Assembly (NCBI GenBank): GCA_947593275.1 | Contig: CANQDN010000001.1 | Span: 1-25,986 of the forward strand | Origin: an uncultured Bacilli bacterium | Lineage (GTDB): Bacteria > Bacillota_I > Bacilli_A > RF39 > UBA660 | Direction of reading: 5' to 3' | Length of the DNA stretch: 25,986 bases | Shown here: piece after piece, positions 15,099 to 23,394 of the stretch | Layout of the letters: each line of letters starts with the position of its first letter | How positions within the stretch are numbered: position 1 is the first letter of the stretch | Made by a program: the position numbers and the translations under genes | Notes under the pieces: generated by a model | Seen by the model: only the letters and a program-made list of their open reading frames with translations | Told to the model about the DNA's origin: nothing | The model's database searches: none

Positions 15099-16565
15099 AT
15101 GAAATATGAGAAAATAAATAAAAATTATACTAAAACTATAATAATAAGTTTTATAGTAATAATTATAATAGGGAGTGTATTAGTATTAAATATTACAAAA
15201 GCTAAATATAAAACTACTGTTAGTGTACCAATAGTTAGTGGTACTATTAAGTATAGTGGGGGTTATGATTTTAAGATAATGGCTTTATATAAACAAAATG
15301 AAGAAAAGAATTGCACTGATGACGAATGCTATGATGAAATAGGACAAATGCCTAGTGGTGATTATGAAATAAATACATCTAAAAGTTATTGTACATTAGA
15401 TGGTGAGAATAAAGAATATGATAAATTAGCTACAATTAATGGAATACATTCAATTAAAAACTTAAAGAAAAATGAAAAATGTTATTTATATTTTGATAAA
15501 GAAGTAAAAGTAGGGGATACAATAGTTGCAAATTCTAGTGTTATAGATGAAGCCCCAACTTTTAGTAAAACATCTTGCTTACAAGGTTGTGAAGTTAGTG
15601 AAAATGGTTTATATAAAACTGAAGATGATTTTGGAGATAGTTATTACTTCAGAGGAACAGTAGAGAATAACTGGGTCAAATTTGGACAAGATAAAAGCAA
15701 TAATGATATATACTGGAGAATTATTAGGATTAATGGAGATGGAACAATAAGATTAATATATGCTGGTGTCACTAAAGATAATGGAGATCCTCCTGATCTT
15801 ACGGGATCACAAACAAATGCATTAACAGGTCAAAAATTTAATTCAAGTTATAATGATAATATGTACGTTGGTTATCAATTTGAAAGTGGGGATAAACGTG
15901 GTATTAAATCACCAAGTAATGCATATACACAATTAATGAGTTGGTTTGGAGAAAATTTAATCGAAGAATGGAACAGTGGGAATGGTCAAATAGATCCAAG
16001 TGCCGGATTTTGTGGAGATAGATCAAGCTTAACAAGTCAATCTTCATGGAAAGAAGATATGCAAGAAAGTGGAGGAACAGGTAATGCTGTAGTTACTTAT
16101 TATGGATCAAGATTAAGATTGGAAAATAGTAATAAGCAACCAACATTAAAATGTAGTACAACTAGCCATAAAAATAATGATTATTATACATTTGAAAAAT
16201 CCACTGGGATAGAGTCAACCATAAATGGAAAAATATATTCTGGGACTCAAAGTTTAGAATATCCAATAGGCCTTATAACAGCCGATGAAGTAGCTTTTGC
16301 TGGCGCAGTATCTGGAAAAGCTAATTCAGGATATTGGTTAAATACAGGTGAGAATTATTGGACAATGTCTCCGTATGGATTTGGTAGTAGTGATGGGGCT
16401 TATGTTTACCGTGTAAATTCGAGTGGTTCCATCTATAATTACACTGTTAACCATGCGATTGGTTTACGTCCAGTAATAAACCTCAAGTCTGATACCGAAT
16501 TCACATTTGAACATCCAGATCAAGCAGATAAAGGTACTTCAACAAATCCATATATTGTATCTTAA
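15099..16565 (+). CDS. Membrane-anchored surface protein, paralog B, with C-type-lectin-like C terminus
   Basis: N-terminal TM helix, several Cys pairs, YYFRGTVENNWVKFG, IYWRIIRINGDGTIRLIY, YPIGLITADEV and NYWTMSP...GLRPVINLK...GTSTNPY. Closely similar to 21952-23394. The fold assignment is an inference from motifs. Confidence 0.8.
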   Translation: MKYEKINKNYTKTIIISFIVIIIIGSVLVLNITKAKYKTTVSVPIVSGTIKYSGGYDFKIMALYKQNEEKNCTDDECYDEIGQMPSGDYEINTSKSYCTLDGENKEYDKLATINGIHSIKNLKKNEKCYLYFDKEVKVGDTIVANSSVIDEAPTFSKTSCLQGCEVSENGLYKTEDDFGDSYYFRGTVENNWVKFGQDKSNNDIYWRIIRINGDGTIRLIYAGVTKDNGDPPDLTGSQTNALTGQKFNSSYNDNMYVGYQFESGDKRGIKSPSNAYTQLMSWFGENLIEEWNSGNGQIDPSAGFCGDRSSLTSQSSWKEDMQESGGTGNAVVTYYGSRLRLENSNKQPTLKCSTTSHKNNDYYTFEKSTGIESTINGKIYSGTQSLEYPIGLITADEVAFAGAVSGKANSGYWLNTGENYWTMSPYGFGSSDGAYVYRVNSSGSIYNYTVNHAIGLRPVINLKSDTEFTFEHPDQADKGTSTNPYIVS

Positions 16566-16604
16566 TCTTGCCAATGCTGCTTTCTAACTTATTCATTGGC
16601 AAGA
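16566..16604 (+). repeat. Conserved post-stop hairpin, copy B
   Basis: Perfect 11-bp arms TCTTGCCAATG / CATTGGCAAGA with loop CTGCTTTCTAACTTATT, starting at the first base after the stop codon. Confidence 0.9.
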
Positions 16605-16618
16605 TAAAACTTCATTGT

Positions 16619-16643
16619 GAGAGAATTTTTTTCTCTCTTTTTT
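16619..16643 (+). terminator. Intrinsic terminator after paralog B
   Basis: GAGAGAA/TTCTCTC stem followed by a T run. Confidence 0.7.
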
Positions 16644-16664
16644 ATTAAAAAAATAGCCTTTTGG

Positions 16665-16937
16665 CTATTTTAAAAAGTTTTGATAACGGGCACTATATTC
16701 TTCAAAAAGTTTTTTAATTTTGCTAAAATTTTCACTACTAAAGCGATCTTTATAGCGATCTAAATTTAAAAGATTAGGGTTTTTAATAACTTGTTCCCAA
16801 TTTTTTTTAACAAAGTCATAAGTAAAATCTAGTTCTTCAGGACTTAAGTTAACATTTTTACTGATAGCAAAGTTATTTACTTCTTCTTTAGTTAAACGTG
16901 CCATTACTCTTTCTACTAAATTATACATAATATTCAC
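16665..16937 (-). CDS. Small hypothetical protein, possibly YqfT/DUF2624-like
   Basis: 90-aa helical protein. The pattern (RLTKEEVNNFAISKNVNLSPEE) loosely resembles YqfT, and the convergent position near nfo matches the B. subtilis arrangement. Confidence 0.55.
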   Translation of the reverse strand: MNIMYNLVERVMARLTKEEVNNFAISKNVNLSPEELDFTYDFVKKNWEQVIKNPNLLNLDRYKDRFSSENFSKIKKLFEEYSARYQNFLK

Positions 16938-16996
16938 CCTAATACATTGTATGAAAAAAATAAAAATTTGAATACTAATAAAGGTGACTAATTAAA

Positions 16997-18949
16997 ATGC
17001 GGAAGAAGTTTTATTTTTTAATTATTTTAATAAGTATTATATTTGGAATCTTTTTATATAGGACTTATGATTTAATGTATGTTAAACATGATTATTATGT
17101 GAGTCTTTATGATAAAATTAATAATATATATATAAAGGGAGCTAGTGCTCCTAGAGGAAGAATTTTAGATATAAAGGGGAAAGTTATTGTAGATAATTTG
17201 GGAGTTAATACAATTTTGTATCATAAGCCTAATTCTATTACTGTAGAAGAAGAAATAGAAATTGCAAAAAAGTTAAGTTATTTAACTAATTATAGTTATA
17301 GGTATGATGAAAGTAAGTTAAAAGATTTTTTTATGATAATTAAAAAGGATATAGTAGAGGGTTTAATAACTGATGAAGAAAGAAAGTTATATAATGAAAG
17401 AAAGATAACTAAAGAAGAATTAGAAGAATTAAAAAAAGAAAGAATAACAGATGAGGTTTTGGATACTTTAACTTTGGAAGAAAAATATGCTTCGTATTTT
17501 TATAATCTGATGAATGATGGTTATTATTATGATAATAAAATAATTTTAAAAGAAGTAAGTGAAGAGGTGTATGCGGAAATTTTGGAAGAAGATTTGCCAG
17601 GGATTTTTGGGGAGATCGCGTGGGTTAGGTACTATCCTTATGAAGATACTTTAAAGAGCTTATTAGGAAGTATTAGTAATAGTCTACCTGAGGATAAGAA
17701 AGATTTATTAAATAAAGGTTATTCTTTAACAGATAAAGTGGGAATAAGTGGATTAGAAGAGTATTATGAAGAATATTTGCGAGGAGAAAAAGCAGTTTAT
17801 AAACTTGAAGATGGGAAATTAGTTTTAGTAAGTCCGGCTTCTCGGGGGAATGATTTAGTGTTAGAAATTGATATGGATATCCAATTAAAAGTTGAAGAAA
17901 TAATGAAAAAAGAGATGGCTCAAGCTAAAAAGGTGCCAAATACAGAATATTATAATGAAAGTTATGTGTTGATTGCTAATCCTAAAACGGGAGGAATTGT
18001 TGCTTCAACAGGTCTTAGAATAAATGATAAAGATCTTGGATATCAAGATGTAACTATAAATATAACTAAAAATGCATATACAGTAGGAAGTATTGTAAAA
18101 GGGGCTTCAATGGCAGTGGGATATCAAAATAAAGTGATAGATATTGGTTCAACAATGTTAGATAGTTGTGTGAAACTTAATTTTAAGCCAGCGAAATGTT
18201 CATGGACAAGACTCGGAGTAATAAATGATATAGATGCTTTAGCTCAAAGTTCTAATTATTATCAATTTATTATTGCCCTTGGGGTTGCGGGTTATAAATA
18301 TAAATATAATATGGATGCCCCAGTAAAAATAGAGGATTTTAACAAATATCGCGATACTTTTGCAAGTTTTGGGTTAGGGAATACTACTGGTATTGATTTA
18401 CCTCGTGAAACAAGCGGTTTAAAAGGAAATATTGTTGCTCCAGATTTACTTATGAATTTAGCAATTGGACAGTATGATTTATATACACCTCTTTCTTTAT
18501 TACAATATATGGGAACGATTGCGAATAAGGGAGTAAGATTAAAATTACGACTGGGTCATAGTATAATTAAAGATGAAAAAGTAATTGAAGAAAATCCCGT
18601 AACGGAACTTAATAAAGTAGATTTAGAAGAGAAGTATTTAAATAGGATAGAGGAAGGTTTAGTGGCAGTTATGAATTCAGGTACAGGATATTATTATGCG
18701 CCAAGAGGAATTAAAGCAGCGGGTAAAACAGGAACAAGTGAATCATATATTGATATAAATGGTGATGGAAGAAATGATGCATATGTAATCAGTAATACTT
18801 TTGCAATGTATGCTCCTTATGATGATCCAAAGTATGTAATGGTAGTAATTAGTCCTAATACAAGTAATTTAAATGGAAAAAGTAGCTATCAATCAGGGGT
18901 AAATCGCTTAATTGCACGAGAAATTAACGATTATCTCTTTTCAAGCTAA
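16997..18949 (+). CDS. Class B penicillin-binding protein (PbpA/PBP2B-like)
   Basis: N-terminal anchor, APRGRILD, VGISGLEEYYEEYLRG, catalytic S-x-x-K (GSIVKG), S-x-N (SSN) and KTG triad. Confidence 0.93.
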   Translation: MRKKFYFLIILISIIFGIFLYRTYDLMYVKHDYYVSLYDKINNIYIKGASAPRGRILDIKGKVIVDNLGVNTILYHKPNSITVEEEIEIAKKLSYLTNYSYRYDESKLKDFFMIIKKDIVEGLITDEERKLYNERKITKEELEELKKERITDEVLDTLTLEEKYASYFYNLMNDGYYYDNKIILKEVSEEVYAEILEEDLPGIFGEIAWVRYYPYEDTLKSLLGSISNSLPEDKKDLLNKGYSLTDKVGISGLEEYYEEYLRGEKAVYKLEDGKLVLVSPASRGNDLVLEIDMDIQLKVEEIMKKEMAQAKKVPNTEYYNESYVLIANPKTGGIVASTGLRINDKDLGYQDVTINITKNAYTVGSIVKGASMAVGYQNKVIDIGSTMLDSCVKLNFKPAKCSWTRLGVINDIDALAQSSNYYQFIIALGVAGYKYKYNMDAPVKIEDFNKYRDTFASFGLGNTTGIDLPRETSGLKGNIVAPDLLMNLAIGQYDLYTPLSLLQYMGTIANKGVRLKLRLGHSIIKDEKVIEENPVTELNKVDLEEKYLNRIEEGLVAVMNSGTGYYYAPRGIKAAGKTGTSESYIDINGDGRNDAYVISNTFAMYAPYDDPKYVMVVISPNTSNLNGKSSYQSGVNRLIAREINDYLFSS

Positions 18950-18999
18950 GGTTTTTCTGTTATAATACTGCTAGACTTTTTTATAAAGGAGGTGCAGTT

Positions 19000-19164
19000 A
19001 TGGCTAAAAATGAAAATAGAAATTATGTAACTATGAAGTGTACTGTATGTGGTGAGGAACTTAGATGTACAAGTAAGAATAAAAAGAATACTCCAGATCG
19101 TTTAGAAGTTAAAAAATATTGTAAAAAATGTCATAAACATCAAATTGTTAAAGAAAAGAAGTAA
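19000..19164 (+). CDS. rpmG: 50S ribosomal protein L33 (zinc-binding C+ form)
   Basis: Not in the ORF track. Manual translation MAKNENRNYVTMKCTVCGEELRCTSKNKKNTPDRLEVKKYCKKCHKHQIVKEKK*, with RBS AAGGAGG upstream. Confidence 0.95.
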   Translation: MAKNENRNYVTMKCTVCGEELRCTSKNKKNTPDRLEVKKYCKKCHKHQIVKEKK

Positions 19165-19172
19165 AATAGGAT

Positions 19173-19343
19173 ATGAAAAAGAAGAAATTTAAATTATATA
19201 AGACTACTGGTTATTCCCCAATTATGGCAGCTTTTGGAACTAAAAAGATAGATAGTAAATTACCTAATATGTATTCAAATCCTGTAGTAATTAATAATAA
19301 GAAAGTTAAAAGTAATACTAGTAGGAAAAGAAATAAAAGATAG
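19173..19343 (+). CDS. Small basic hypothetical protein (56 aa)
   Basis: MKKKKFKLYKTTGYSPIMAAFGTKKIDSKLPNMYSNPVVINNKKVKSNTSRKRNKR*. The ATG lies 8 nt after the rpmG stop, after TAGGA. Confidence 0.55.
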   Translation: MKKKKFKLYKTTGYSPIMAAFGTKKIDSKLPNMYSNPVVINNKKVKSNTSRKRNKR

Positions 19344-19353
19344 GAGTATACAT

Positions 19354-19515
19354 ATGATTAGGGGAACACATAGATTACAAAAAGTTAATTTTAAATCTCC
19401 GATTATTGCAATTATGAGTAATAAAAAAGAAGAAATTAGACGGGAAGATAAGAAACCCAAAACAAGAATGCGGAAAAAAAGATATGGAATATTTACAAAG
19501 AAAGTGGAGGTGTAA
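19354..19515 (+). CDS. Small basic hypothetical protein (53 aa)
   Basis: MIRGTHRLQKVNFKSPIIAIMSNKKEEIRREDKKPKTRMRKKRYGIFTKKVEV*. Its RBS AGGAG overlaps the previous stop, and the ORF ends 3 nt before the efp start. Confidence 0.6.
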   Translation: MIRGTHRLQKVNFKSPIIAIMSNKKEEIRREDKKPKTRMRKKRYGIFTKKVEV

Positions 19516-19518
19516 GAA

Positions 19519-20079
19519 GTGAATATAAATATAAATGATATTAAAAATGGTATGACGATTATTATGGATAATAATCTATATCAAATTGTAGAGTTTCAAC
19601 ATGTTAAACCGGGTAAAGGATCTGCTTTTGTTAGAATGAAATTAAAGAATTTAAGAACGGGATCTATTACAGAAGATACATATAATACTAATATTAAGAT
19701 CACAAAAGCTCATATAGATAGAATGCCAATGCAATATTTATATGCAGCAGGAGATAATTATGTATTTATGAATAATGAAACTTATGAACAAATTGAAATA
19801 CCAGTTAAAACTTTAGGAGATCAAGTTAAGTTTATTAAAGAAGGTTTAGATATTACTGTTGATTATTATGAGGGAGAAATACTTGGTATTACTCTTCCAG
19901 AGAAAGTAGAATATGAGATTGTTGAAACTGAACCAGCAGTAAGAGGAAATACAACAAATAATGCTCAAAAAGATGCGAAGATTGAGACTGGTTATGTTGT
20001 AAAAGTTCCTTTATTTATAAATGAGGGAGAAAAGATAATTATTTCTACTCGTGATGGAAAATATTCAAGTAGGGCATAG
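19519..20079 (+). CDS. efp: Elongation factor P
   Basis: FQHVKPGKGSAFVRMKLKNLRTG, EPAVRGNT and ETGYVVKVPLFINEGEKIII-STRDG-Y motifs. Confidence 0.97.
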   Translation: MNININDIKNGMTIIMDNNLYQIVEFQHVKPGKGSAFVRMKLKNLRTGSITEDTYNTNIKITKAHIDRMPMQYLYAAGDNYVFMNNETYEQIEIPVKTLGDQVKFIKEGLDITVDYYEGEILGITLPEKVEYEIVETEPAVRGNTTNNAQKDAKIETGYVVKVPLFINEGEKIIISTRDGKYSSRA

Positions 20080-20112
20080 GCTCTATTTTTTTTGGAAATA
20101 AAAAAAGACTGG

Positions 20113-21207
20113 TTAGTCTTTATAGAGATTTTTTTCTTTTTTGTAGGATGTTATAGCCGAATTATCTTTTATTAAATTAGATATGGAATCTCCTTTATTT
20201 AGGTTATCAATTATTTTAGCAAGATAAGTAGAACAATCAGCAGCATAGAACCATTCTTTATTTAAAATATCTTCGGGGATATAGGTAAGATTAGTGGAAT
20301 AAACTGCATCAAATAAGTTATTTTGATAAGCTTTATCAAATACTTCACAACCTGTTGTAAATAGGGCAAAGGTGGTAAAGAAGAAGATTTTTTTAGCACC
20401 TCTTTTTTTAAGTTCACCTGCAACATCAAGCATAGAAGAGCCACTGGCGAGCATATCATCTACAACGATTATAGATTTTCCTTTAACACTGCTACCTAAA
20501 TATTCGTGGGCGACTATGGGGTTTGAGCCATTGACAATTTTTGAGATATCACGTCTTTTATAAAACATTCCAACATCAACTCTTAATATGTCTGCGAGCC
20601 ATCTTGCGCGATCCATAGCTCCAGTATCTGGGCTTACTACAAGAGTTTTAGTGGGATTGAACTCTTCATTTTTTAAGAATAATTTTAACATATCATTGGT
20701 TGCATAAAAATTGTCAAATGGAAGAGTGGGGATAGCGTTTTGAACGTTGGGATCATGAGCATCAAAGGTAATTATACCACTTACGCCGAGATTTTTTAGT
20801 TCTTGTAAAGCAGCCGCACAGTCGAGAGATTCACGAGATTTGCGACGATGTTGTCTTGAAGAATATAAGAAAGGCATGACAACTTTAATACTTTTCGCGT
20901 GACCCATGATGGCTAGAATAGTTCTTTTAATGTCTTGCAAGTGTTCATCGGGACTCATGTGATGAATAAAATCATACATTTTGTAGGTAATACTGTAGTT
21001 ATGGGTATCACTTATAATGTAGACATCTTTGTTGCGAATACTTTCTAAAATATTTACTTTTCCTTCACCATCATTAAAACGAGATATTTTGATGGGAACG
21101 AGAAAATTTTTTTCGGTTTTACGAATTTTTTTAATTTCATTGTTAATTTTTAAGCCTAATTCTTCACAATTATTCATGACAATTAAGCATAAATCATCTT
21201 TTTCCAT
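20113..21207 (-). CDS. prs: Ribose-phosphate pyrophosphokinase
   Basis: RFNDGEGKV, PFLYSSRQHRR, TFDAHD, VVSPDTGA, YKRRD and IIVVDDMLASGSSM motifs. Confidence 0.94.
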   Translation of the reverse strand: MEKDDLCLIVMNNCEELGLKINNEIKKIRKTEKNFLVPIKISRFNDGEGKVNILESIRNKDVYIISDTHNYSITYKMYDFIHHMSPDEHLQDIKRTILAIMGHAKSIKVVMPFLYSSRQHRRKSRESLDCAAALQELKNLGVSGIITFDAHDPNVQNAIPTLPFDNFYATNDMLKLFLKNEEFNPTKTLVVSPDTGAMDRARWLADILRVDVGMFYKRRDISKIVNGSNPIVAHEYLGSSVKGKSIIVVDDMLASGSSMLDVAGELKKRGAKKIFFFTTFALFTTGCEVFDKAYQNNLFDAVYSTNLTYIPEDILNKEWFYAADCSTYLAKIIDNLNKGDSISNLIKDNSAITSYKKEKNLYKD

Positions 21208-21328
21208 ATAAACTTTTACTCCTTATAGTTTTATTTTAACATATTTTAGTTAGATATAAGAATAAGAAAACACTAACTTTACATAAGAAATTAAAAAAGA
21301 TTCTAATTTTTATTTAGAATGCTTTAAA

Positions 21329-21615
21329 TTTAGTTGTTTAGAATGCTTTTGGGATAGGGTTTTCTTTCATCAGTACGATATAAAAGATAGTCAATACTAG
21401 TTTTATAATAATCGGCAAGTTTATGTAATGTTTCAATAGGAATGTTGGTATCTTCTCTTTCGTAATGGGAATATCCTCTTTGACTAATATTTAAAATTTG
21501 AGCAATTTCGACTTCTAGTAGGTCATGATCTTCTCTTATTTCTTTTAATCTATTCATTTTACTTTCTCCATTTTTTACTTTAGTTGTTTAGAATGCTTTT
21601 GGGATAGGGTTTTCT
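21329..21615. repeat. 37-bp exact direct repeat (21329-21365 and 21579-21615) forming the 3' ends of both XRE genes
   Basis: TTTAGTTGTTTAGAATGCTTTTGGGATAGGGTTTTCT occurs twice, 250 bp apart. A 13-bp partial copy TTTAGAATGCTTT lies at 21313-21325. Confidence 0.92.
21330..21557 (-). CDS. XRE-family HTH regulator
   Basis: MNRLKEIREDHDL...EIAQILNISQRGYSHYE...IPIETLHKLADYYKTSIDYLL pattern. Confidence 0.9.
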   Translation of the reverse strand: MNRLKEIREDHDLLEVEIAQILNISQRGYSHYEREDTNIPIETLHKLADYYKTSIDYLLYRTDERKPYPKSILNN

Positions 21616-21825
21616 AGTGTCAGTTAGGCCTAATATATAGTCACTGCTTATGTTGTAAAATTTGGCTAATTTAATTAAGGCATCAATGGGTATTTGTCTT
21701 TTTCCAATTTCATAATAGCTATAGGCACTTTGGGTGATGTTAAGAAGATTAGCGATATCTTCTTGTTTTAAGTCTTTATCCTCTCTTAATCCTTTTAATC
21801 GCTCTAAAATTATGTCGTTATTCAT
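21580..21825 (-). CDS. XRE-family HTH regulator
   Basis: ERLKGLREDKDLKQEDIANLLNITQSAYSYYEIGKRQIPIDALIKLAKFYNISSDYILG pattern. Confidence 0.92.
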   Translation of the reverse strand: MNNDIILERLKGLREDKDLKQEDIANLLNITQSAYSYYEIGKRQIPIDALIKLAKFYNISSDYILGLTDTRKPYPKSILNN

Positions 21826-21872
21826 AAAAACACCTCTTACTTTCTTTTCTTATATTTTAATTTAAATCAAAT

Positions 21873-21933
21873 TGTTATATTGACTTTTATGACGAACTGT
21901 TATAAAATAATTTATATATAACATATTGTTATA
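21873..21933 (+). promoter_or_regulatory. Promoter of paralog C with repeated TGTTATA operator half-sites
   Basis: TTGACT (21880)-17-TAAAAT (21903). TGTTATA occurs at 21873, 21898 and 21927. Palindrome TATAACA-TAT-TGTTATA at 21917-21933. Confidence 0.65.
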
Positions 21934-21951
21934 AAAAAGGATGTGGAAAAG

Positions 21952-23394
21952 TTGAAGTATGAAAAATTAAATAAAAATTATACTAAAATTATTATAATGG
22001 GGTTAATAGTAATAATTATAATAGGTAGTGTATTGGTATTAAATATTACAAAATCAAAGTATAAGACTACTGTTAGTGTGCCTATTGTTAATGGTACTAT
22101 TAAGTATAGTGGTGGTTATGATTTTAAGATTATGGCTTTATATCAGCAGAAAGAGAATCAAGCTTGTGATGATGATAATTGCTATGAAAGTATAGATAGA
22201 ATGCCATATTCTGGATATGTTATAAATACAGATAAAAGCTATTGTAGTATTAATGGCAATGAAAGGGATACAGAAGCAAAATTATATACTGAAAATGGTA
22301 AACATATTATTGAAAATCTTGCTAAAAATGAAAAATGTTATTTGTATTTTGATAGAAGGGCAGAAAGTGTAATAATTGCTAATTCAAATTTTATAGAGGG
22401 AATTCCTGATTTTACAAAAACAACTTGTGATGCTATATGTGCCGATAGTAACTCAGCTTTATATAAAATAGAAGATGATTTTGGGGATAGTTATTACTTT
22501 AGAGGAACAGTGGAAAATAATTGGGTAAAGTTTGGAAAAATGGGAAGCGATGGAGCAGATATTTATTGGCGAATCATTCGAATAAATGGAGATGGAACAA
22601 TCAGACTCATATATTCTGGGAATGATAATCCTGCAATAACTGGAGCACAAACAAATGCACTAAGTGGATCATTTAATGGAACATATGGCGATAACATGTA
22701 TGCAGGTTATGAGTATCAAAAAGATATAGCTCATGGAAGAGGCACAAAAAGTTCTGCCTTAACTACATTAGAAAAATGGTTTGAAACTAATTTAGTAGAT
22801 GAATGGAATAATGGGGATGGAAGAATAGATATAAATGCCGGTTTTTGCAATGACAGATCAAATTCAACAAATAGTAATATAACATGGCAAGAAAATTTGC
22901 CTGATACTGGAGGTACTGGAAATACATATACATATTATGGAGGATTTTTAAGAATAGAAAGAAAAAAGGACCCTATGTTGAAATGTAGCACGAATGCTCA
23001 TAAAAATGATGATTATTTTACATATGAAAAGTCAATAGGTATAAAACAGAATGGAACAGTTAGTACGATTATAAAGGGAACTCAAAGTTTAAAGTATCCT
23101 ATAGGAATTATTACTGCTGATGAAGTAGTTTTTGCAGGAGGAGTATGGGGTTCAGTGAATTCAGGATTTTGGTTACATACTGATCAAAATTATTGGACAA
23201 TGACTCCTGATTATTTTTCTCCTTCAGTTCAATTTGTGTTTAGTGTCGTGCAGAGTGGTGGTTTTACTAATCTTAATGTAAGTAATTCTAGTGGTTTTCG
23301 CCCCGTAATTAATTTAAAAGCTAATACTAAATTTACTTTTGAACATGAGAATCAGCCAAAGGGTACTTCATCTAATCCCTATATAGTATCATAA
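21952..23394 (+). CDS. Membrane-anchored surface protein, paralog C, with C-type-lectin-like C terminus
   Basis: Same block structure as 15099-16565. The TTG at 21952 aligns with the Met of paralog B and is better spaced from the AAGGA than the GTG at 21943 used by the ORF track. Confidence 0.8.
   Translation: MKYEKLNKNYTKIIIMGLIVIIIIGSVLVLNITKSKYKTTVSVPIVNGTIKYSGGYDFKIMALYQQKENQACDDDNCYESIDRMPYSGYVINTDKSYCSINGNERDTEAKLYTENGKHIIENLAKNEKCYLYFDRRAESVIIANSNFIEGIPDFTKTTCDAICADSNSALYKIEDDFGDSYYFRGTVENNWVKFGKMGSDGADIYWRIIRINGDGTIRLIYSGNDNPAITGAQTNALSGSFNGTYGDNMYAGYEYQKDIAHGRGTKSSALTTLEKWFETNLVDEWNNGDGRIDINAGFCNDRSNSTNSNITWQENLPDTGGTGNTYTYYGGFLRIERKKDPMLKCSTNAHKNDDYFTYEKSIGIKQNGTVSTIIKGTQSLKYPIGIITADEVVFAGGVWGSVNSGFWLHTDQNYWTMTPDYFSPSVQFVFSVVQSGGFTNLNVSNSSGFRPVINLKANTKFTFEHENQPKGTSSNPYIVS

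Noticed and set aside
16566-16604. Conserved hairpin as a canonical integron attC site
   Set aside because: It lacks properly placed RYYYAAC and GTTRRRY ends and extrahelical bases. The copies are dispersed rather than arrayed, and no integron integrase is present.
19275-19460. Minus-strand ORF of 61 aa
   Set aside because: Antisense to two RBS-bearing plus-strand small ORFs in the rpmG-efp run.
20262-21211. Three short ORFs inside prs (20262-20459, 20372-20563, 21029-21211)
   Set aside because: Alternative-frame or antisense shadows of a well-conserved gene.
22459-22650. Minus-strand ORF of 63 aa
   Set aside because: Antisense shadow of paralog C.
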